Assembly: GCA_964016885.1 (NCBI GenBank)
Contig: OZ024747.1
Span: forward strand, 18,166,001-18,230,000
Direction: 5' to 3'
DNA: 64,000 nt
Source: Eledone cirrhosa
Lineage: Eukaryota
Of this stretch, positions 55,529 to 64,000 are shown piece by piece. The position numbers and the translations under genes are program-made. Every line of letters begins with the position of its first letter. Position 1 is the first letter of the stretch. The notes beneath the pieces are model-generated. The model was not told the DNA's origin. It worked only from the letters and a program-made list of their open reading frames with translations, and made no database searches.

Positions 55529-56319
55529 ATATGTATGTGTGTCTGTAGACATATTTGTATGTATATAGGTATAAAATCATTGCATTGCACTGGGTTTCTT
55601 CAACATGACCTGTTCTTTTCACATTTGTATACCCAAATCCATGTGTGTGTGTGTATAAAAACCACTTTATGAAGAATAATATAAACAGGCTGCTTTTTCT
55701 TTTCATGTGACATTGTCTCGAAAGGAAAACTGAAGTTAATACCAGCAGAAGGGTGTTATTTTTCATTACTTCTGCACAAGAGACTTCCACAATGAATACA
55801 TCAGATAAGAAGAGACCCTCAAATTAGCAGTCACATCTCCAACATATCACACCCTCTGTTATTTTTAGAACAAAGGAAGGATTCACTATGTCTGGATAGA
55901 AAAAAAATAGGATGAGATGGCCAGTTGAGGGATCTGCTTGTTTAAAGCTGTTGTTTGGGGTGGGGATGCAGCCTTAACGACAACAACAATAACAGATAAA
56001 AGAAGTAAATTTATAAATTTGTAAATTCTATGTTACTCTTTTACCTGCTGTACCCCACAACTTATGGGGGCACACTCATCAAGCATGTTTTTTTATGTCA
56101 GGGAGCACCACATTTTTTTTAGGTGTCGTGGTGGGGCATGGAGTAGAAAAAAAAAATAGGTTGAAAACCACTAACATAGAGACTTCCTTCTTGGCTGGAG
56201 AAATAATTTGTAGAATATCAAGGGTGGGTTTAGATAAGTTAGGATTCTCTGAAGTTATCATTAGAAATCAAAGCAATATGGGTGGTATATGTCCATCCTT
56301 ATTTAGGAAGAATGCCTGT

Positions 56320-57227
56320 TAGTATGTTGATGTAAGTATGTATGTATGACTGTGGACGCATGTATGTATGTATAAATGTGGATGTATGTATATCTATCTG
56401 TCTCTATGTATGTATCTATGTATGTATGTATGTATGCATGTATGTCTATCTATCTCTATGTATGTATGTATGCCTGTATGTATGCATTCTTGCATATATG
56501 TTTGTATGTATGTATTTTTGTATGTATTTATGTATGTATTTGTTTGTATGTATGTATGTATGTATGCCTGTGGATGTAAGTATGTCTATCTGTATGCGTG
56601 TATGTGTGTGTATGTATGCTTGTATGTATGTATGCCTGTGGATGTATGTATGTCTATCTGTCTCTGTATGTATGTATGCCTGTATGTATGCATTCTTGCA
56701 TATATGTTTGTATGTATGTATGTATGTATTTATGTATGTATTTGTTTGTATGTATGTATGTATGCCTGTGGATGTAAGTATGTTTATCTGTATGTGTGTA
56801 TGTGTGTGTATGTATGCTTGTATGTATGTATGCCTGTAGATGTATGTATGTCTATCTGTATGTGTGTGTATGTATGCTTGTATGTATGTATGTATGTATG
56901 TATGTATGTATGTATGCCTGTCTGTGTGTATGTTGGGATGTGCTTTGAAATTAGGAAGTCAAGAAATGCCTGATGACTTCTTTGACCAATAGAAAGGGAT
57001 TCCAAGTTTGTCAAGTTGATTATATATTTATCTGGCTGTCTCTTCCCTTCACTCTCTCTTCCCTATCACTCCTTTCTCTCTCTCTCTCTCCCCACTTTTT
57101 CCTGCCCTTCTCTCTGCCCCCCCCCCCCCTCCCCCACCTCTATCCAATCTTTCAGCAAATATATCTGTGTGTGGATGTCTTTTTTTCTCTCTCTCATACT
57201 CTGTCTCTCTTTTTTGATTCTTTCTCA

Positions 57228-57291
<64 letters not shown>

Positions 57292-57620
57292 ATGTCTCTC
57301 TGGTTGTGGCCATGTGTGTATGTTTATATGTATGTGTATGTTTATGTGTGTGTATGTGTGTATGCTTATATGTGTTTATGTGTGTGTTGTCTATAAGTGT
57401 GTGTGTATATTTATGTTTGTGTATCTGTTCATGTGTGTATATTTATATGTATGTTTATGTGTGTGTCTGTGTGTGTTTATATGTGTATATTTATATTTAT
57501 GTATGTTTATATATGTATGTGTGTGTGTTTATATTTGTATATTTATGTGCGTGTGTGTTTATGTGTATTTATGTGTCTGTCTGTTTATATGTATGTGTAT
57601 GTTTCCTTATATGTGTATGC
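56320..57620. repeat. Compound (TATG)n, (CT)n and (TG/TA)-derived low-complexity region
   Basis: Degenerate TATG tract with an internal ~206-bp duplication, a pure (CT)n at ~57230-57286, then a degenerate TG/TA tract. Confidence 0.9.
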
Positions 57621-57643
57621 TAAACAAATATTATTTTCAATTA

Positions 57644-57832
57644 GGGCAGTGGATTGGCAGTATCGGTAGAGGGTCGGACGCTATGCTTTCCAGCATAGTT
57701 ACGTCCCTTTACAATCTGAGTTCAAATCCCGCCGAGGTTGACTTTGCCTTTCATCCTTATGGGGTCGATAAAATAAAGTACCAGTAATGCACTGGGTATT
57801 TGCTGGCCTTGTGCCTAAAGTAGAAACAATTA
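57644..57832 (+). mobile_element. SINE family A, full length
   Basis: Near-consensus copy with TSD ATTATTTTCAATT. Confidence 0.9.
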
Positions 57833-58815
57833 TTTTCAATTGGATGGTTATGTGTTTATACCAATTTTTCATTTTCTGAATTTTGACAAATTTGTGTGAT
57901 GATTCTTAAGGAGTGACTTGTTTTATGTATAAGCTTAACAATTAAGCATAATACATTCCTCCTTAATAGACAGACAATTGGATAGATTGGTATTCAAATA
58001 ACCACCTAAACCAAACAGAATAAATTATCTATCATTTACTGCACATATATATAGAGATAGATAGCTAGATGAGGATATATGTAATTAACTTAGTTTATAT
58101 AGCTGATGAAGCAATGTTCGCTTTAATTACTGACCTTCCATATTTGGGTGTCTTGGAAAATGTAAAAGGTAAGCAGAAATAACAAAATGCACCAAGTACA
58201 CCCTGTAAAGTGGTGTTTGAGTGGAGATAACAGTAGATAGAGAAATGTGTAAGTAGGAGGGCTATGATTGCAAATAAAACCTCAGACCACAATGACTCAT
58301 CCAACCCATGCCAGCATGGAAAGCTGATGTAAAAATGATAATGATGATAATAGCTAAGTGTCTAGCTATTGAAGTATATTTGTGTAACTTCAATTTGTTT
58401 AATTGAAGCATTGCATGGTAGCAACCAGGACATACATGGGCGTTCAGCTGTTAGATTTGTCAAGAGCGCAGAAAGCCAAAGAGAGGCCTGTTAATATCTA
58501 ATTCTCTTTTCTATAAAAAGAAAAAAATTCTCAGCCTGATCCACCATTGTAAATTTTATCTCAGAAATCCTCTAATTTTTGTACAATTAGTTTTGTAAGT
58601 AATTGTTGCCTGATCTGTGAACCCTGCTTAGCATTCTGCCAGAAATTGTTGTCGTTTAGCACCATGTTAGACCTGATTGAGCCAACGTTCCACATGTGAC
58701 CATTCCATTGTTTTGTACATCAGGGACTATATTGCCCAAGGTATCATTCTTTATGTAGACATTATTAGGAGGAAATTGGGTCCCTATTTCTTGCAGGTCA
58801 AGCTAATATGTAGAG

Positions 58816-59305
58816 CAGTGTTTCCCAAGGTGGGTTCTATGTAAAACATTCTATGAGATAAGGTGCCTTATAATAAAACTTAACAACAATTTATTATATA
58901 TATATAGCTATGCAAGCATGGAAAATAGACATAAAGCAATGATGATGATGATGATATATTTTTGTATGAATAAATTATTTCTCTAGACACTTTTTATTAC
59001 TTATAGCTCTAAATGTTTTGTACCACATCAAACTGCATTATCATGACATCCTTGAAAATACAAAACAGCACCATTATAGCATCCCTTTAAAAATCAAAGC
59101 ATTTACTTTTTTCTATTTTCTGTTTTTATTTATTATTATTTTTTATTTTTATAGATATTTGATGCTTTTCATTACAGGGCATTAAGAGTTAATGTCTTAT
59201 TAAAATTAGGGTGCTGATGATGGTCTTTAAAATATAGGTATGGGCTATGTGATTTTTGGAAAATTTTATAAGGATTCTGTAATGAAACCAAATTGGGAAA
59301 CATTG
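58816..59305. mobile_element. hAT (Charlie-like) non-autonomous element, with internal insertions
   Basis: CAGTGTTTCCCAA ... TTGGGAAACATTG TIRs, degenerate 8-bp TSD. Confidence 0.5.
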
Positions 59306-59862
59306 ATATAGGCTCTCTCGTCAATTTGAAAGAATTTGGTTGTTTGAAAGAATTTGGTTGTTTGCATCCAGCAACTGAAGCATATTGTCTATATTTTCTT
59401 CTGTAGTCTTCTTTGAATTGATTGATGATGCTAATGGCGTCTGTAGCTGAGATAAGTTAACACGGAAGCTACTACATAGATTCTCAACTTTTTCAGTATA
59501 GCAGTTAAATCTTTCTCAAACACCACTCTTCTCGGTTTCTTCAGTAACAACCAAATGCTAGAAAATCAGAACCGATTATAGAAAGATATAATATGATATT
59601 GATTCATTTTTTAAATTTATTTATTGTTATTTAAAATTCCACTTTGCATTAGACTATTGGTATATTGCTAGGTCTTTCAATGTAAACAACCTTCAGACAG
59701 AAGATTTACTTTATCGCCTTTACTCACAAGCTCTAAAGAGACGTTCATAAATCTATAATGTTCACTCCCTAAGGAAACTATGAAGAAACAGAGAGGGTTG
59801 TTTTGATCTTAAATTTTCAACTGTAAGTCTTTTCACACCAGTGTTTCACTGAGATAAGAGCT

Positions 59863-59895
<33 letters not shown>

Positions 59896-60055
59896 AGAAA
59901 GACAACTTATTAATGTCCATTAGTATTTTCTCATTTTAATAATAACATCCCATATGAATTAAGTGGGGTGGTTGGGGGGGGGGGGGGGTGCTTGTCTCAA
60001 GAGTTCGTGAAGTTCACCATGAAAGGTCAGTTTGCTGTCATACACACACACACAC

Positions 60056-60089
<34 letters not shown>

Positions 60090-62079
60090 TACACGCACAT
60101 ACACACATATATATATATGCATACACGCACATACACACACACACATATATATATGTATAATCAGCTAGAATGCTTTGCAGTATTTGTTCTGGTTCTTCAC
60201 ACTTGAAGTTCAAATTACAGTCAGGTCAACTTTGCTTTCACCTTTTCAAATCTAATACTAATCAAGGATGGTGGATTGACAGAATTCTTAGAGCATTGGA
60301 CAGGATGCTTTGAGGTATTTGTTCCAGTTTTGACATACACTAGTTTATAGTATGAGGTGCAGTGTGTCAGTTTTAGTGTGTGGCATTTCCTCAACTGTCT
60401 ACATTCTTCTTATACATTTGTAGGTTAAGATAAAGACCATAGTGGAGGCAGATAAATTAGATTTGGAGACAGCATGACAGTTTCTATTGTTCTACAGTAC
60501 TTGGATGTTATGCAGTTAGTAATAGTGTTAATGTTTTGCTGTGTATATATTTTTCTGTTTGTTTGAACTGGGTGAGATATTATTCTTAGGATTGTGTCAT
60601 GATAGTTTTTATTTAGTATGTTTCTTTTAGATTGAACATGTTATGACATGGATTGTATGGGCTGCAGCTTCCTGTGGTAATGAATTGTATCTATTGTATG
60701 TCTAGGTGGTTTTAGATTTTGAGTATTTCATTGTGTCAGTGATTTGTGTGTTGTCTGTGATCTTCTGCAATATCTTGTGTTCCTTGTTGAGATTTAGTAA
60801 GAAGAGGAACTATGATGTTTGTCTATGAGGTTGTGAGTTTGTTTTGTTTTGTTGAAGTGGGAGAGCATCATAAAGGAAATAAGTTCGAGAGTTGGTGAGA
60901 GAACAAAGATTTGTTCTCTCACCTACTCCATTTGGAAAAGCAACTTCTTGGTGACCAAATAGTTTTCTAACTAGCAATTTGTGTTATTTGTGAGGAAAAT
61001 CTGTTTGTATATGAATGGGTAGTAAAGAAATATGTAAATAGTACTTAGAATGAATTTGTATGGGTGTGTTTTGGTGTTGAAGTCATAGATTTTTGTGTGA
61101 GATTTGTAAATAGTGTGATTGGGTACATAATCAATGTCCTTGCGAGTTGGAAAAGAGGAATGTATGGGTTAGTGGTGTCAGTGATGAGACTTCATACATA
61201 TTTATAGAGTGACGGTTATGTTTCTTGCTCCTTTGGTTAGACTGTTAAACCTTAGCTATAGAAATAGCTGCCTAAATTCAAGTAAACTACACAATACTGA
61301 CTTAACTCATAATGTCTTGTATCTACATAATCAAACTGTACTTAATCAAAACAGTACTATGCCTGCATCACATTAAATATTAAAGTTTTTGCTCTGATAC
61401 TGCAAGTTTTCACATTGATCAGTCCATTAGTAAAGATATTTTCTGATAAACCATTACAAGATGTTAAGAGTTAAAAAGAATAAAACACAATGCAAGATTT
61501 TTTCCTGTAAAGCCACATTCTAGAAAACCTGGGGTGGTTGGCTAGATTGATTTTTTTTTTTTTTAAATCTACACAGAACATTCATTGTGCTATAAAATAT
61601 TTGTATTTTTAAAAATTCATTTTAGACATATAATTTTCAATGATATCAATTCACTTTAGTTTGCGAATTTTTAACAAAATAAATATATTTGAACTTTCCT
61701 TTAAATTGTTTTGTCTTAGTTTTTTTACCCAACTTAAACATGCTGAAATATAATGTGATAACGTGTTCGTTTTCACTCCTCTTTTTCCTTCAATAGAATT
61801 GTCTTTCAACTTATATCATCATTATTTTTAACAACACCATTCTTTACTCAGTTTGTTTTGATTTAGATATATAATATACCTTTTCTATTAATTGTTTCAA
61901 ATATTTTTATTATTTCTTTCTTTCTATAGAACATAATTATTAATAGACAGTTTTATTTGACTAAGCAAGTAGGTAACAACAAAAATAAACTAGAAAGAAA
62001 AAAAAAAAACACTCAGTTACACACTATAACAGTGAATGCTGGTGTTGCCCTTTAAAAATTATTATGGCAACCCTAAACA

Positions 62080-62540
62080 CAGCAAGGGGTGCTTGTTGTT
62101 ACCGTTCCTCTTCCTCCTGGTCATTGACTGGATAATGAAAACCACTAAAACAGACAGGAATAATGGTATCCAGTGTACACTCTGGACACCACTGGATGAC
62201 CTCGATTTTACTGATGACCTGGCACTCTTGTCATACAATTATGACCAAATATAAGATAAGATCTCACACTTGGAGACTATGTCAGCTGGGACAGGGCTCA
62301 AGATAAACAAGAAAAAAACCAAGCTGATGAAGATCAACACCACTGCCAACACACCTGTCACAGTTGATGGAGAGCCCATCAGAGAGGTTGAGTCATTTGT
62401 ATACCTGGGAAGTGTGTTTGATCGAGGTAGGATAACTGACCAAGATGTCATAGCCAGGATTGGCAAAGCAAGAGCAGCTTTCATCATGCTAAAGAATGTC
62501 TGGGCATCAAAAGAGATCTTTCCAAGAACTAAACTTCACA
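62080..62540 (+). mobile_element. RTE-clade LINE reverse transcriptase fragment
   Basis: GCLLLPFLFLLVIDWIMK...LDDLDFTDDLALLS...GLKINKKKTKLM...IREVESFVYLGS...DVIARIGKARAAF. The two track ORFs are one frame broken by TAA at 62252. Confidence 0.9.
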
Positions 62541-64000
62541 ATTTGAACATTGAGACATACTGCGCCTTTCACACTCAAAATGTATGTGGTATTTTGACTG
62601 TTCAACAGTAGGCAGTGGGAATAAGCTGCATATATTAACTACTAACAGGATTAGCTGAAAATGTTGTTTATAGTGAAGGATTATAATGAAAGCTTTTAAT
62701 ATTTTGTTTCGTCTGAAATACTACTTACTCCCCAGGCATTACATGGATCTCATTAATAAATATTTAATCAAAGCTAAAGAATTGAATGTCTTTTCTCTAA
62801 TATTTGATCTCATTAAAATTTTCTAATTGTACCCTATAATATTTCTGTGAACTGATCTATTGAAATGGTTCTCAAGCTTGGGTCTGTGAGCCCCTCAGAT
62901 TCTACAAAGGTATTATTGGGGGTCAGTGAGTTAAGTTCAAAATTTCAAGTACTTTGTTAAAAACATATTGTATACATGGTATTGGGTATCCATTCTTCTC
63001 TAAGTGTAAGCATTTCTATCTTTTGATTGTTATTCTCATTGTATAATCTTTTCATGCCAGTTGCTGTCAAGACCTCTGGTGTCTTTGGTCCCCAAACTGC
63101 TGTTTTCCATCACAAAGATGGAAAGACTACAGCCTACCTGATGGAAAAACTACATGTGGTAGTGTGGCTGATGGAGCGGGTGTTGCTGGCACAGCAAGGC
63201 TTTTGCCACCTTGTCCGTGGGTCACTGCTGAGACATACTGCCCCGACAGGGGTGTAGAGCTTGCCCCCCTTTTCCCCTTGCTTTCATTATCCAATTATTT
63301 TTTATTATAAACATTATATAATTTAACTGAAATAAAATTTCTCATATCAGAGGGTAGTAATTATAGCATGAAGGATTTGGTCCATTTAAATAAAAGGGAG
63401 CTCCATAGTCAAAAGGTTAGGAATCACAAGAATCTGGTTCTACAATTACAACTGGTGCTTGTCAAAAATCAGCAGAGTTAATTGCCTGTAGTAAAGTTTG
63501 ACTAAACATACTTTACAGTAGAGTCAAAGATTTTACCACTTTCGTTTATTCCTTGAAATTTATTCAAGGATAACAGTGCTGCTAGACCAGTTGCTTTACT
63601 ACTGGTTTAATAATGTGTGCTAATCATTTTTTCTTTGTTGTTGTTTTTTTCTTTTTATTCTATATTTCTTGTAGTATGGATTGCCAAGGTTGACTTTCCA
63701 TCTGGTCTTCTCACTAGTGTCTTGCGAATGACTGATTTCCTCACTATGCAATAATAGTTTTGGTTTCTTTAAAAGATCATTGTTACATACATATTTCACT
63801 CTTGTCAGTTTTCTTCATGGTTATATTATATTCTCTGATAAAATCCAGGAGGAAAAGTGATTCATATGAATGGAAATTGAAGGTTTAAAAATGTTACTGA
63901 TTGCTTTTAATGTATTATTTTATCTATATTCTCAAGCAAACAACATTGATATTTTTAACATAGATATGTTTTTCTTAAAATATACATGTGAAAATGGAGA

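Noticed and set aside
60330-61250. Possible degraded LINE or exon on the minus strand
   Set aside because: Strand-skewed composition suggests an old retroelement, but no motif could be read with confidence.
63395-63410. GGAGCTCCA (GAP) as integrin exon 2
   Set aside because: Followed at once by a stop, no LV residues or acceptor site upstream, and it lies in a hAT-like remnant.

Overview
AT-rich, repeat-dense animal genomic DNA, most likely an octopus (coleoid cephalopod), inferred from the (TA)n/(CA)n microsatellite load and two abundant tRNA-derived SINE families. The only convincing host coding sequence is exon 1 of an integrin alpha gene (22101-22291, +). No exon 2 was found, so the rest of the window appears to be intron 1 (>41 kb). 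Almost all ORFs in the supplied track are microsatellite or repeat artefacts. The standout is a near-identical 467-bp tandem array (13496-16379) inside (TA)n, with ~3.4 units facing left and ~2.8 facing right. It carries six minimal type I hammerhead ribozyme motifs within highly self-complementary monomers, making it a candidate non-LTR retrozyme or non-autonomous Penelope-type element able to produce ~467-nt circular RNAs. A second, unrelated hammerhead-like pair forms a 349-bp palindrome in intron 1, and a third hammerhead-like core heads a CRISPR-looking minisatellite. Also present: mariner and RTE remnants, piggyBac/hAT/mariner-type MITEs, a non-autonomous Helitron with a nested SINE, and several long fold-back palindromes. 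All structures were read by eye; no folding or database search was run.
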